A stretch of 64,000 nt of DNA from the NCBI GenBank assembly GCA_019058275.1, contig JAHLVW010000016.1, positions 1 through 64,000 on the forward strand, written 5' to 3'. The DNA is from Candidatus Heimdallarchaeota archaeon (GTDB taxonomy: Archaea > Asgardarchaeota > Heimdallarchaeia > JABLTI01). Position 1 is the first letter of the stretch, and each line of letters begins with the position of its first letter. Below, one piece after another: positions 31,160-42,266 of this stretch. The notes under the pieces were generated by a model. The model did not search any database. It saw only the letters and a program-made list of their open reading frames with translations, and was not told the DNA's origin. Made by a program: the position numbers and the translations under genes.

Positions 31160-31358
31160 AATTATTAATTTGTTACTATAGAATAAGTTTCACTAACATT
31201 ATTTTACTTTTGTGGGATAAAATAATTGCAGATAAATTGAAAATCTTAAGTCTTCTTTTGTTGAGAAATTTTGTCTGTTGAATTTTACCGCAAGCGGAAA
31301 CTTATTATTAATAATTTCAAAGGTAAGATATCGTATACTCTATTCAAGAGGGGACGAT

Positions 31359-31766
31359 ATGAAACTTATTGAGTGTTCGAAAGTAAAAATATCAGATGCA
31401 ATAAACTCACCCATATTACCCGAAACAGTAAAAAGTGATTTGAAAGGGTCGGGCGACACTTTTCTAACAATTTATACAAAGAAGAGTAAAACTTTGAGGT
31501 TTTTCCCCACCAAAGATGATGAAATTTGGTGGTTAAGAATTGCTATTAATAGCTTTAGTCCTGAAACAAGTGGTAAATTTTTAGCGAAACTCAATAAGCT
31601 TGTCTCAGATTTTGTCTATTCTACAGGCGTATGCATCTCCAAATCTGATTGTTTTTGGGATGGAATTATTCTTGAATCATCCTTCAAAACAAGCAAAGAA
31701 AATGTGAGAGAAACTTTAGAAGAAATTCCAAATGTAACAAAGGTTATAATAAATGCTGTAGAATAA
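31359..31766 (+). CDS. Hypothetical protein, possibly with an ACT-like C-terminus
   Basis: YSTGVC...LEEIPNVTKV; GAGGGG RBS. Confidence 0.6.
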   Translation: MKLIECSKVKISDAINSPILPETVKSDLKGSGDTFLTIYTKKSKTLRFFPTKDDEIWWLRIAINSFSPETSGKFLAKLNKLVSDFVYSTGVCISKSDCFWDGIILESSFKTSKENVRETLEEIPNVTKVIINAVE

Positions 31767-31813
31767 AATATTGCATAGGTCGATTCATTCGACCAATCGC
31801 AATTATTAGTTGT

Positions 31814-32239
31814 TTAAAAATCTAGTTCTTTTACTCTATTAACTATAAATCGATTCATTACAATCCAATATTCTACTTCAGCAGTTTTACCTGCACCTAC
31901 TATTTCATTTAGTTTAGCAAGATGCTCTTCACTGGAAGGTTTTGGAATTGAAATTGTTTCATATGATTCTTTGTCCATTACTGACATTTCTTCACCTTCG
32001 ACAGTAATAACTTGAGCATTTCTTTTATCGATAATTGGTACTTGTACTCTATTTGTAGATGGCATTACGATGGATCTCTTCTTTTTATCAAAAAGGCCAA
32101 TAACTTCCATTCTTATTTTAGCATGACCATGCTTTCCTGTTTTTGAATGGCTTAAATCTAGAACTTGACATGGTTCTTCATCAGCTAAGATGTAGTTACC
32201 TCTTTTAATGGAATTTGCCTCTGTTGGTCGGGTTGACAT
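31814..32239 (-). CDS. eif5a: Translation factor aIF-5A
   Basis: Hypusination motif SKTGKHGHAK; VPIIDKR. Confidence 0.96.
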   Translation of the reverse strand: MSTRPTEANSIKRGNYILADEEPCQVLDLSHSKTGKHGHAKIRMEVIGLFDKKKRSIVMPSTNRVQVPIIDKRNAQVITVEGEEMSVMDKESYETISIPKPSSEEHLAKLNEIVGAGKTAEVEYWIVMNRFIVNRVKELDF

Positions 32240-32426
32240 GATATTCACTCATTTACTTTTTATTATTGATTAAAATAACCAGCATTAAAGTTTTTTTGTT
32301 ACTGTTATGTTTTTACATAACACAAACTTTTATCATTTATTCTTATTACTTTAATATTATAGATTAAATAGTACATATAGTAAGTATTTAAAAACAAATA
32401 TGAGAGATTCAGAGTTGTGATATAAT

Positions 32427-35306
32427 TTGATGAAAAATTACAAATACCCGCTTGTAACAGGAGGTATCTTATTCTTAGTGGTACTGCTTAGTGGTTTTTG
32501 TAATTATGGTTACGCTATAAATGATATCGATTATCGAATTACTTCAAAAAGTGATGATAATTTAGATAAAACTTTCAATCCCTTAGATGAGTTTACAGAG
32601 GATGATGCAGGAAGTGGAGGTGATGCAAATGATTCCTTACCATTTGCTACAAATATTATTCCTGGAAGTTATAATGGAACATTAACAGCTGATGACATAG
32701 ATTGCTATACATTCTATGTAGAAATTGGAGTAATCATTAATTTCACAATGATTCCCCTAAATTTCACTGTTGATTTTAATTTACAACTTTATGACCCAGG
32801 TCAATCACTGATATTGAGAGAAGATCCAAATGGTGCCGGAGTGCGTGAATCAATAATATGGTCTACTGCATATGCAGGAAATTATTTTGCTAAAATATCA
32901 CCAGCAACTGTTAGTGATATAGCAAATTATACATTTTCAATTTCCACACAAGAACAAAACGATTTTAATTCTGGTACAGATGCTGGTAACTTTTTTGCTA
33001 CATCATTGAATATTAGTGCAGGTAATTCTAGTGGAACTATGGTTGTTGATAGTGATGTTTATGATTTTTATGAAATTTCTCTTACCAAGGGAGATGTTAT
33101 TGATATTTTCCTAAAACCTCTTAATACAACTAACATTGATTTATTCTTGTTTGATTCAAGCGTAGTTGAATTAGCAAGTTCTACAAAATTCACAGGTATT
33201 AATGAGTCGATTTACTACGCAATCAGCATTAATGGATCTTATGTTATTGGTGTACAATTAATTGAAGCAACTGGTGTAGAAGAAATATTGCCATACAATA
33301 TTTCAATTATTATTGACAGACAAGATGATGCTGATTCAGGAACAGATGCTGGTGACATTCCAGAAGATGCCTACTTAATCACACCTTTAATGGGTTCAAA
33401 ATTTGAAGGAAGATTAATTTGGAATGGAGACCAGAGGGACTTTTACAGATTTGTTATTTCGCAACAATCACAAATTTTTGTGCATTTAGAAGTACCTGAG
33501 AATGTTAATTTCGATCTTGCAATTTATGATCATGAAGGAGCAATTCTATATTCATCAGAGAAAGAATGGGGTAATGAATATATTTCAGAAATTCTACAAA
33601 ATGGCACATATTATATATCAATCGAATTCATGACAGGTGGAACAGCTATTGAGGGGCAATATACCCTGGAGTTTAGTATCATTCCTCTTGCACTAAACAC
33701 AACAACTGGTTTAAATCCTGGAGAATGGATTCCTATTGTTATATCAGCTGTTTTAGTACCGATTTCATTATTGATTATAATTATATTAGTTTTATACATG
33801 TTTACTGAGGTTAGAATTCCTTGGGTTTCAAAGAAACTTGACCAATACTTCAGTAAGGAAGGACAAGAAGACAGTGTAAAATCCCTTAGATATGCTTTAC
33901 GAGTGAGAGATGATCAAATTGGCACTCTACGTGAAGAAATGATTGATAAGGATTCTAAAAGAGCAAAAGACTTGGAATCCCTTCATCGTCTCGAGGAAGA
34001 TCAGAAATCCAAAGAAAAGGTTCTGACTAAATTACGAGAAGAAAGTACTGGATTAAAAACTCAACTAGATAACTTACAAGCAGTTAATGATGACTTGGCA
34101 AATATTATTGATAGTACGATAAGAAGGCAATTATCTAAATCAAGTAAACCTTCACAAAAGGCTAATGTTTCTTCAATAACATCACTTTTATGGTTATCTG
34201 AAGAAAGACTGGTTAATTACATCCAATCTATTCCATTGTTAAATGAACGATATATACTCGATAGATCAAAAAGCGTAATATTAACTCGAGAATACGCAAG
34301 AGAAATAGTAAGACAAGCCTATTGGAAGAGAGTAGGTGCTATGCATCTCAAGAAAATTAAGCAAGTAAAAATTGCTAATTTAGCTGATGACACGAAAATC
34401 GAAATCAATACTTTGAAAGAAATTCTACGAGAACTAGTTGAAAGAAAAGAGATTCCCGCGCCAATACATATGGATCGAATCTCCTTGCTACTGTCGATAT
34501 CAGAGGAGCTTATTGCAGAATTAGCAGATATTGCTCAATCAATGCCTATTATTTCCTTAAAGGAAATATCAAAATCCTACGATACAACTCCAGATAGTGC
34601 TAAGGTTATCTTTGAACGAATTGCTGAAGAAGGATACGCAAATGGTGAATTCATAAATGATGATACTTTTGTTGTTTTTGATTTGTTTGCTGAAATGATT
34701 ATTAATGAAGGAAGCATTAAAATCTCAAAGTTAATAGAGGAAAATAAACTGCAAGGTCAAAAAGAAGAGATTAAAATTGTTGTTGAGAAGCTTTTACAAT
34801 CAAATGAAATTGAGGGAGAATTCTTAACTGATGACATGTTTCTATGCTTCAATAACCTTACTGATCAACTTAAAACGCTAATTAAATCAAGCATTGAAAA
34901 CATCGCTAAAGGTGATACAAGACGAGTTGTTTTTGATATGGGAAGTGTAGTTGAATCTATCACTAAAGAACGATTAATCATTGATATTCATGAAACTGAA
35001 GATATATCAAAATTACCTCGTTATCAAGACATCATTGAATCTAGGGAACTTGGAAGAATACTACGTGCTGCAGAGGACAACAAAATATCATTGCCATCTT
35101 TTATTGAACTAAAATCCCTCAACAGATTCTGGGCTCAGAAAATTAAACATACAAAACCAGGAGAACTACCTTACATTCCAACACTAGGTGAGTCTCGAGA
35201 CTTTTTATTTGAAGCTAATAAAGCATTGAATAAACTATTGTCACAAAAGATTCCCACAAAATGGAAGAAAAAGATAGCTGAAAAGCTTTTGAAAGATAAT
35301 AAATAA
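32427..35306 (+). CDS. Single-pass receptor-like protein: PPC-like repeats, TM, coiled coil, winged helices
   Basis: Signal peptide; 3 repeats of DDAGSGxDA...D.Y.F...DFxL.LYD; TM at ~aa 435-460; coiled coil; NGEFINDDTF/EGEFLTDDMF units. Confidence 0.75.
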   Translation: MMKNYKYPLVTGGILFLVVLLSGFCNYGYAINDIDYRITSKSDDNLDKTFNPLDEFTEDDAGSGGDANDSLPFATNIIPGSYNGTLTADDIDCYTFYVEIGVIINFTMIPLNFTVDFNLQLYDPGQSLILREDPNGAGVRESIIWSTAYAGNYFAKISPATVSDIANYTFSISTQEQNDFNSGTDAGNFFATSLNISAGNSSGTMVVDSDVYDFYEISLTKGDVIDIFLKPLNTTNIDLFLFDSSVVELASSTKFTGINESIYYAISINGSYVIGVQLIEATGVEEILPYNISIIIDRQDDADSGTDAGDIPEDAYLITPLMGSKFEGRLIWNGDQRDFYRFVISQQSQIFVHLEVPENVNFDLAIYDHEGAILYSSEKEWGNEYISEILQNGTYYISIEFMTGGTAIEGQYTLEFSIIPLALNTTTGLNPGEWIPIVISAVLVPISLLIIIILVLYMFTEVRIPWVSKKLDQYFSKEGQEDSVKSLRYALRVRDDQIGTLREEMIDKDSKRAKDLESLHRLEEDQKSKEKVLTKLREESTGLKTQLDNLQAVNDDLANIIDSTIRRQLSKSSKPSQKANVSSITSLLWLSEERLVNYIQSIPLLNERYILDRSKSVILTREYAREIVRQAYWKRVGAMHLKKIKQVKIANLADDTKIEINTLKEILRELVERKEIPAPIHMDRISLLLSISEELIAELADIAQSMPIISLKEISKSYDTTPDSAKVIFERIAEEGYANGEFINDDTFVVFDLFAEMIINEGSIKISKLIEENKLQGQKEEIKIVVEKLLQSNEIEGEFLTDDMFLCFNNLTDQLKTLIKSSIENIAKGDTRRVVFDMGSVVESITKERLIIDIHETEDISKLPRYQDIIESRELGRILRAAEDNKISLPSFIELKSLNRFWAQKIKHTKPGELPYIPTLGESRDFLFEANKALNKLLSQKIPTKWKKKIAEKLLKDNK

Positions 35307-35350
35307 AATAAGTTTCCTTAGGGAAGACCCTAAGGATAGCTTTCAATTTT

Positions 35351-38059
35351 TTAAGTTATTATATAAGCTAGTTTCCTTCTATTCTGGAAGAACATGAAAA
35401 TACGTTCAATAAAGGAAATAGAAGGTTTATGAATTAGTATTATGCTATCTTCGTATATATAGAGAAATTCTAATCGATTCAATTTTACTTCTTTCTCTTC
35501 ATCTAATGTTTCAACCTTAATTGCTTCTTCTTCAATTTGAGTAATCTTGCCTTTGAGCAGTGTGTCTAAATCATCTTTTGTTTGCAGTGAAACAGGTTTA
35601 CCATTTAATGATTCAATAATTGAACGTTGTTGCTTTTCTTTTCCTTTCTTAAGATAAATATCAAATGGTTTGAAACCAATAACAAATTTCTCAGCAGAAA
35701 TTGTCTTAGTTTGTTCTCCTAAGGTAATAATGAATGTGCTTGCTGAAAAGTCAGCTTCATTCAATTCAAATGAATCCAAATGAGTTAAACGAGTAATCCC
35801 TTTTTGTAATAGTAGAATATCTCTTCCAACGATATCATTAATATAGGATATTGGAACTCCAGGAACCTTTAGTTCTTTGATTTCCTCTTCACCGTTCTCA
35901 ACGAATTTTGTTTTAAATGTAAAGATCTTTTCATTACCACCAATTTCAACAATCTCACCAATTTTTCCATTCTTGAAAACTTGTTTTTGTCCTAAGGACA
36001 TTTCATAGATGTTGAAGTCACTAGCAAAGACTGATTCTTTCTGTTTGTCTGATGAAGTCTTAAGCTTTAGTGGTGATGTTATTTTATTTGACAAGGTGAT
36101 ATCTTCTAGTTTTCCTATTATGAAGTTCTTTTTGTCTATTTTTGAAACTGCTACAATATCCTTACCTTTCAGATATTCAAATTGATAAGATAAGTGTGAA
36201 AGTGTATCATAATCTTTTATTCCTGTTTCACTATATTGGTCTTGGAATGTTTCATTTATGATATCAGCAGCCTTTTTCCGCATTTCATGCAATTCACGAA
36301 TGAAATCCCTTCTTACAAATGGAACTAGTAGAAAGAATGGTAATAGCGCTGCTTTAAATGGTCGAAGCTTTTCTTGTTCAACTAAAGCCATAACTCTATA
36401 AGCAGATTTAGGATGACTTGCTATTAAATTAACAAAATTCTCCATAACATTTGGTTTAATATAATTCCTATACATATTTCTTCCAGCATCACCTAAGAAT
36501 CGCAACTTCTCTGATTTTGTTTGTTCTTTGTCTGTTAGCAAATAGACACTCAAACCCATTTCACTTGCTACGCCTTGATAAAAACCATCAAGTTTAACAA
36601 GAGATTTAGCAAGTGGTTTCCCATAACCAGCTCTCATTGTTAGAAGATCTGCTCTTCCTTCAAGAAACCTAACAAATATGTAAGAGAAAGCTAGCAAAGC
36701 AATATTGTATAAATAATACCAGAGAAAACCAAATCCTACATCAGGATCGAATATGTAATCAAGAGTAGTTGCTGGTAAATTAAGTGCTTTTGTAATAGCA
36801 AATGTTAGTGCTGTAAGTATCAACAGCCAAAAGGTATGGATTTTTTGAGAATGTACTAATTCATGTCCCGCAATACCTCTTATATCATCATCTGAAAAAT
36901 CTGAAAGATCTTTTGACATAAAAGCTATTCTTTTATCAAAAAATGCTCCAAAGGCAAAGGCATTTAGGATTGGAGCCTTTACTTTTCCAACTTTTATTTT
37001 TGTTCTAATTCTAAGTTTTTGTCTTACTTCTTCAACAAGTTTCAAAACTCTCTCATGGTGTTTTCTATCTATGACTTTTTGTTCCAATTTTTCAACTAAT
37101 TTTGTTATACGTTTACTACTAAGTTCGGAAGTTTCTGTTTTTAATTTATCAATTGATTTCAATATTTGCTCATCTTTAACTTGTTTAGTTAATTTGTTCT
37201 CAATATCATCAACAGATTTGATAACATTCTCCTCTGCATCTTTTTTCACTAATTTCTGTTTTATTTTAGCAGTCAATTTTGTGAAATCTTCTTCCTTTAT
37301 ATTCTTGACTCCAAAGATTAGATGAAGCAAAGGTCCAGATATAAGATAAAGAACAAAATTCGTAAGAATCATAATTTCATAGGTTCCAAAGGAAGCGAAT
37401 AATAGCCGTTCTGCTACAGGACCCGTAAAAGTACCATAGAAGAAATTTAGACCATCTTCACCAAAATTTGAAAATTGATATAGGATAACATATGAGAAAG
37501 CAAATAGCAAAAGATAAATGATTTGTGGTGATGTTAAGCGAGATACTAAAAAGAATCTTCTACCAAAGAATATGATACAAAGTAAGAAGAAAACATAGAT
37601 AAAAACATTCCAGGCAAGTCCGAACCATTGTTGACCATTAAATGCTCCAAGTGTAAAAGCACCTTCATCACCATCAAAATGGAATTTTGAATATGTTTCC
37701 ATTACGAATTGCATTATTCTACCAGCTAGAACAACAACATAAGATATCAGAGAGGCTAACATCAATTCGCGCCATACTGGACTTTCACGAATAACCCAAA
37801 GTGAAAAAATCATTAACCAACATAAAGCTGCAAGAATAGCTAGCAAAGCATCTTGAGTGAAACCTTGAATTAAACCACCAATAACTCCTCCTAGTAACAT
37901 CATAACTAAATCAGGTTCATTCTTCTGAGTTATTACAGTATATAACTCAGTTAGTAGAAATATACCACAAAAAATGGCTATAATAAATCCTAAAGTTGCT
38001 GGTAAATTTTCTGTTGAAAACCAATCTCTAAGAACATCAGTAAAAGCTGCTAATTCCAT
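35351..38059 (-). CDS. M48 (HtpX/Ste24-like) membrane metalloprotease with large N- and C-terminal extensions
   Basis: NAFAFG, GHELVH, EGRAD, ASHP..AYR. Confidence 0.85.
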   Translation of the reverse strand: MELAAFTDVLRDWFSTENLPATLGFIIAIFCGIFLLTELYTVITQKNEPDLVMMLLGGVIGGLIQGFTQDALLAILAALCWLMIFSLWVIRESPVWRELMLASLISYVVVLAGRIMQFVMETYSKFHFDGDEGAFTLGAFNGQQWFGLAWNVFIYVFFLLCIIFFGRRFFLVSRLTSPQIIYLLLFAFSYVILYQFSNFGEDGLNFFYGTFTGPVAERLLFASFGTYEIMILTNFVLYLISGPLLHLIFGVKNIKEEDFTKLTAKIKQKLVKKDAEENVIKSVDDIENKLTKQVKDEQILKSIDKLKTETSELSSKRITKLVEKLEQKVIDRKHHERVLKLVEEVRQKLRIRTKIKVGKVKAPILNAFAFGAFFDKRIAFMSKDLSDFSDDDIRGIAGHELVHSQKIHTFWLLILTALTFAITKALNLPATTLDYIFDPDVGFGFLWYYLYNIALLAFSYIFVRFLEGRADLLTMRAGYGKPLAKSLVKLDGFYQGVASEMGLSVYLLTDKEQTKSEKLRFLGDAGRNMYRNYIKPNVMENFVNLIASHPKSAYRVMALVEQEKLRPFKAALLPFFLLVPFVRRDFIRELHEMRKKAADIINETFQDQYSETGIKDYDTLSHLSYQFEYLKGKDIVAVSKIDKKNFIIGKLEDITLSNKITSPLKLKTSSDKQKESVFASDFNIYEMSLGQKQVFKNGKIGEIVEIGGNEKIFTFKTKFVENGEEEIKELKVPGVPISYINDIVGRDILLLQKGITRLTHLDSFELNEADFSASTFIITLGEQTKTISAEKFVIGFKPFDIYLKKGKEKQQRSIIESLNGKPVSLQTKDDLDTLLKGKITQIEEEAIKVETLDEEKEVKLNRLEFLYIYEDSIILIHKPSISFIERIFMFFQNRRKLAYIIT

Positions 38060-38198
38060 TTTAAATGCACCATTGATTAACTTAACAAAGATTATTTATC
38101 CAAATTATTTACAAAGAGTTAAGATGAATACTCATAAACATTTCTGCTAGATTAACTATTGTTTTAAAGAACAAGATTCTATATAAAAAATAATGGAA

Positions 38199-38225
38199 AA
38201 GTGATTAACAATGAGTTAATCACTT
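38199..38225 (-). terminator. Hairpin after the hydrogenase operon
   Basis: AAGTGATTAAC/GTTAATCACTT 11-bp inverted repeat. Confidence 0.6.
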
Positions 38226-38233
38226 TGAGTTAC

Positions 38234-39535
38234 TTATTTTCTTCTGAAATCAATAGTTATTGCATGTGCTGAACAAGATATGCAAGGATCATAGGATCTG
38301 ACCAGCATATTTAGAAGTAATTCAATTTCCTCTTGTTTCTTATCAGCAATCATTGGGGCAAATTTCTTGACATCATCCTCAATTTTGTTCGTATTATGTG
38401 CAGTTGGGGTTATTACATCAACACGAGTGATAATACCATCTTTGTCCACATCATATGAATGATTAAGGAGTCCTCGTGGAGCTTCTGTAGCGATTGTACC
38501 AGTGCCTGCTTTAATCTTGAAATCTTTGTTGTCATCTTTAGGTGGTTTCTCAATGTATTTGTCAGATATTTCAATTGCTTTATCTACACAATGCATTAAC
38601 TCAATAACTCTTGTGAGATTGTTATTAAATGGATTAAAATTTGGGAGTTTCAAACTAAATTGCTTTACCAAAGCTTTAGCATCATCAGTTAAGAATTTAT
38701 TATTGATATTTACTCTTGCAAGAGGAGAAACATAATAAATCTCACCATTGTTTATCGTTGAAAATTTTGCAGTAGAATAATCTCGAACTTCTTCTTTAAT
38801 GAAGTCCTTTTTGTAATCCTCAGCAGGAATAGTTTTTCCACTAAGCAAGCATTTTAGATCGCCTTTGAGAAATGGATAGGTTTTTCCATCATAGATAGCT
38901 ATCTGTTCTGTTTTATTGTTAAATTTTGGCATTTCCAATCCTGCATAGAGGTCAGCAAGAACTTGTGTTCCTTTTTTAAATACAATTAATTTTTCTTTCA
39001 TGGTCTCTAGTTGCTTAGTTGTTGGGTATTTACCAAAACCACCCGGTCTAATGTTTACTGGATGGATTTCACGACCGCCTATCAATGCCTGTAAATCATT
39101 AGCTATCCTTTTCATTCTGAGAATTAGCTTAACTTCATTTGGAAACTTTGGTACCATTTGTATGACTCCATCATATCCTAAGAAATCAGGCAAAGCAAGC
39201 ATTCCTACGTGTAAAATATGAGATTGAGTATTTTCTCCATGATCTAATAAGAGTCTGAAGTCTTCAACTTGTTTGCTCGGTTCAATACTAACTGAACGTT
39301 CTAACGCTTCAACAGCGGATAATTGATGGGAAGCACTACAGATAGCACAAATTCTAGACATAATATTAATTGCTTCATTATATTTTCTGCCAACAGCTAA
39401 TCCTTCAAAGAATCTTGCTCCTTCTATGATTTGCATTTCTACATTGTTGATTTCTTTCTTATCCATTTCAACTAGTAGACTTCCGTGACCTTCTACACGA
39501 CAAATGTGTTCTAAATGTAATTTCTTTACTGTCAT
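38234..39535 (-). CDS. hydA: Group 3b [NiFe] hydrogenase large (alpha) subunit
   Basis: RVEGHG, RICAIC (L1), EAPRG, DPCISCSAH (L2) plus a cleavable tail; likely start at 39535. Confidence 0.93.
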   Translation of the reverse strand: MTVKKLHLEHICRVEGHGSLLVEMDKKEINNVEMQIIEGARFFEGLAVGRKYNEAINIMSRICAICSASHQLSAVEALERSVSIEPSKQVEDFRLLLDHGENTQSHILHVGMLALPDFLGYDGVIQMVPKFPNEVKLILRMKRIANDLQALIGGREIHPVNIRPGGFGKYPTTKQLETMKEKLIVFKKGTQVLADLYAGLEMPKFNNKTEQIAIYDGKTYPFLKGDLKCLLSGKTIPAEDYKKDFIKEEVRDYSTAKFSTINNGEIYYVSPLARVNINNKFLTDDAKALVKQFSLKLPNFNPFNNNLTRVIELMHCVDKAIEISDKYIEKPPKDDNKDFKIKAGTGTIATEAPRGLLNHSYDVDKDGIITRVDVITPTAHNTNKIEDDVKKFAPMIADKKQEEIELLLNMLVRSYDPCISCSAHAITIDFRRK

Positions 39536-39548
39536 TTCACATTCCCAC

Positions 39549-40361
39549 CTATTCTTTATCATCCTCTCCATACTTGAGATTTTTATCTTGCTCTATCCAA
39601 GCTTTTAATAAAAATTCCTTCACCTGAGGGTCTTCGCCATTATATTTTAAAACAAATCTAGTGACATCGCTCACAGATGCGCCTTTTTTCACCATTAAAT
39701 CAACTTGCTGTTGATATGCTGCTTCTAATGTCGAACCACGACAACCATCACATGGTAATCCATAACTTGGACATAATGCATCACACCCAGCTTGAATTAC
39801 TGGTCCCATACAAATTATATTATCCTCTAAGAAAATGCATCGATTTTCTTTTGCCTTACATTGATGACAAACAGGCAGATTTGGTAATTTTGGTTTACCA
39901 CCAATAAGGACATACTTAACAAAATCTAAGAATTCATATTTGTTAACAGGACATTCAAGTATATAATGATCTACCTCAACCACATTGTTAATGGGTTTAA
40001 CTTTGATAACTGGAAGTTTATCAGCATCTTTACCATATTGTGCTTCTCGGATTACTCGATCATTTCTATAGTTTCTAATTGCTTGCACGCCCCCAAAACA
40101 AGCACATGATCCTATTGCTACGAGAACTTTTGCTTTAGTCCTTAGTTCTTTTAGTTCTTTTTCTTGTTTTTTATTTACGATGCTTCCTTCAACGAATAGA
40201 ATATCATATGGACCTTTCTTATTACCAGTCATAGCCATTCTGAAATCGATGATATCAACTAAGTTCAATAAGTCAAGTAGCTCATCTTCTAGATCAAGAA
40301 TACTAAGCTGGCAACCAGTGCAACCAGTAAATCCAACTATTCCAATTTTTGGTTTTGACAC
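39549..40361 (-). CDS. hydD: Group 3b hydrogenase small (delta) subunit
   Basis: GCTGCQ, VEGS, GSCACFGG, CMGPV..AGC.ALCP..CDGCRG. Confidence 0.9.
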   Translation of the reverse strand: MSKPKIGIVGFTGCTGCQLSILDLEDELLDLLNLVDIIDFRMAMTGNKKGPYDILFVEGSIVNKKQEKELKELRTKAKVLVAIGSCACFGGVQAIRNYRNDRVIREAQYGKDADKLPVIKVKPINNVVEVDHYILECPVNKYEFLDFVKYVLIGGKPKLPNLPVCHQCKAKENRCIFLEDNIICMGPVIQAGCDALCPSYGLPCDGCRGSTLEAAYQQQVDLMVKKGASVSDVTRFVLKYNGEDPQVKEFLLKAWIEQDKNLKYGEDDKE

Positions 40362-41233
40362 TACATCAAAGCCTCCGGTAATGTTCTGATTTGCCTTAAG
40401 GTGAAGACTGGTCCATCAATGCAGACAAATTTATCACCTACACCACAATGGCAACATTTACCAACACCACATTTCATTTTCCTTTCAAGAGACAGGTAAA
40501 TGTGATCACTATTCAAACCGAGTTTTTCAAGTTCTATAAGTACGAATTTGTACATAATAGGTGGTCCACAAATCATTGCTATCGTATTTTTAGTGTCAAT
40601 TTGATCAGCAATCTTTGGAAAGAGATTTGTAACTACTCCTAAATTCCCTTCCCAGCACCTATCATCATCACGATCAACAGTGCATTGGAAATCTATGTCT
40701 TCTCGAACTTCATATTCATCATTTTCTTCAGGGAACAATATATCTGATGGGCATCGATCACCATAAAGCAAGAATATTTTACCATAGTCTTCTTTTTTAT
40801 CAATTGCATATCTAAATACAGAACGAAGAGGTAGATAACCTAAACCACCAGTAATGAAAAGTAAATCTTTGCCTTTGTAGTCTGCTATTGGGAATCCATT
40901 TCCAAATGGTCCTCTAATACCTACAATATCACCTTTTTTCATATTATGAATGGCATTTGTTACATTGCCGACATTTCTTATACCTAATTCAAAGGAACCT
41001 CTTTTTGTTGGAGGTGATGTTATACTAATAGGAACTTCTCCAATACCATATATTGATACCTCAACGAATTGTCCAGGAACATGTTCAAATAAAGGATTTA
41101 AATGGTTTTGAACAAATTTTAACTCAAACAGTTTTGTAGTATCAGTTAGTTCTCGAATGTTTACTATTTTAGCTTCATGGGGTATGCTAATACCTTTATC
41201 GTGGGTAACTATTGCTCTCATTTTACATTTCAC
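40361..41233 (-). CDS. hydG: Group 3b hydrogenase gamma subunit (FAD/NAD(P)-binding)
   Basis: PGQF, RGPFGNGF, GGLG..PLRS, CGPPIM, ERKMKCGVGKCCHC. Confidence 0.9.
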   Translation of the reverse strand: MKCKMRAIVTHDKGISIPHEAKIVNIRELTDTTKLFELKFVQNHLNPLFEHVPGQFVEVSIYGIGEVPISITSPPTKRGSFELGIRNVGNVTNAIHNMKKGDIVGIRGPFGNGFPIADYKGKDLLFITGGLGYLPLRSVFRYAIDKKEDYGKIFLLYGDRCPSDILFPEENDEYEVREDIDFQCTVDRDDDRCWEGNLGVVTNLFPKIADQIDTKNTIAMICGPPIMYKFVLIELEKLGLNSDHIYLSLERKMKCGVGKCCHCGVGDKFVCIDGPVFTLRQIRTLPEALM

Positions 41234-42266
41234 CTCTAACGTCTTCTACAACATCTCTAACATCAATAACTGCTGGACAGTAAGTAATGCATCTTCCACA
41301 ACCAACGCACCCTTCAACATTATATCTTCTTGGTATATCGATAAATTTGTGCAGATAACGATACCTAAATCGCCTTTCCTTTTCATGTCGAAAGTCATGT
41401 CCACCAGCTACACTTGCAAATTCGGGATAGTAGCATGAGTCCCATTCTCTTTGTCTAGTTCCAGTTTTTAGATCAATTGAGATCTTATCCTTTACATTAA
41501 AACAGTAACAAGTTGGACAGACAAAAGTACAAGAACCACAAAACAGACATTCTTTTGTATATTTCTTCCAAGCACGAGATTCGAATTTATCTTCCAATTC
41601 ACTTGGTAATCCTTCAACAAGAATGTATTTCTTGAAATTATTCTTTTTAAGCTCAAGGGTTCTTACATATTTTTCAAAATCATCATCTGTTGGCTCTTGA
41701 AAGAGATCTGGATATAATTTAAGAATTCGTTTACCACCATCGGTATTTGGGACTATAATAAATTTATCTTTAGCAATTTCTGTGAGCATTATATCATAAC
41801 CACTTTTAGGATCATTTGAGCTCATTGACTCACAGAAACAATTCTCATAACATGGTTGCAAACAATTTATACCAATAATAAGGGCTCTTTCTCTAAGAGT
41901 GCTATAGAATTCATCTCTGAAATATTCCTTAAAAATCTTATCTAGAACATTATTTCCAGTTATATCGCAAGGTCTGACACCAAAAACAACGATTTTCTTT
42001 TCAACACCAATATCTGATTCATCTAAACAGCTTTTAATCACACCTTTAGTTCGATTAAATTTAAATAAATCTTGTTTGGCAGGATGAAAGAGTTTCTTTA
42101 TTGATATCATTGGAAGTTCGGTATCAAATAGAACCTCATCTGAACTGGATATTTCTATAAGAGTTGGTACATTATTTTTATCTGTTGTTGCTATAACTAC
42201 AAAATCACCTATCATAGCATCTACAAGTTCAGGAATTTTTTTTCTTGATATTAACTTTGAGACCAT
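41223..42266 (-). CDS. hydB: Group 3b hydrogenase beta subunit (AsrA-like Fe-S protein)
   Basis: RPCD, CLFCGSCTFVCPTCYC, WDSC, CVGCGRCITYCP. Confidence 0.9.
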   Translation of the reverse strand: MVSKLISRKKIPELVDAMIGDFVVIATTDKNNVPTLIEISSSDEVLFDTELPMISIKKLFHPAKQDLFKFNRTKGVIKSCLDESDIGVEKKIVVFGVRPCDITGNNVLDKIFKEYFRDEFYSTLRERALIIGINCLQPCYENCFCESMSSNDPKSGYDIMLTEIAKDKFIIVPNTDGGKRILKLYPDLFQEPTDDDFEKYVRTLELKKNNFKKYILVEGLPSELEDKFESRAWKKYTKECLFCGSCTFVCPTCYCFNVKDKISIDLKTGTRQREWDSCYYPEFASVAGGHDFRHEKERRFRYRYLHKFIDIPRRYNVEGCVGCGRCITYCPAVIDVRDVVEDVRGEM

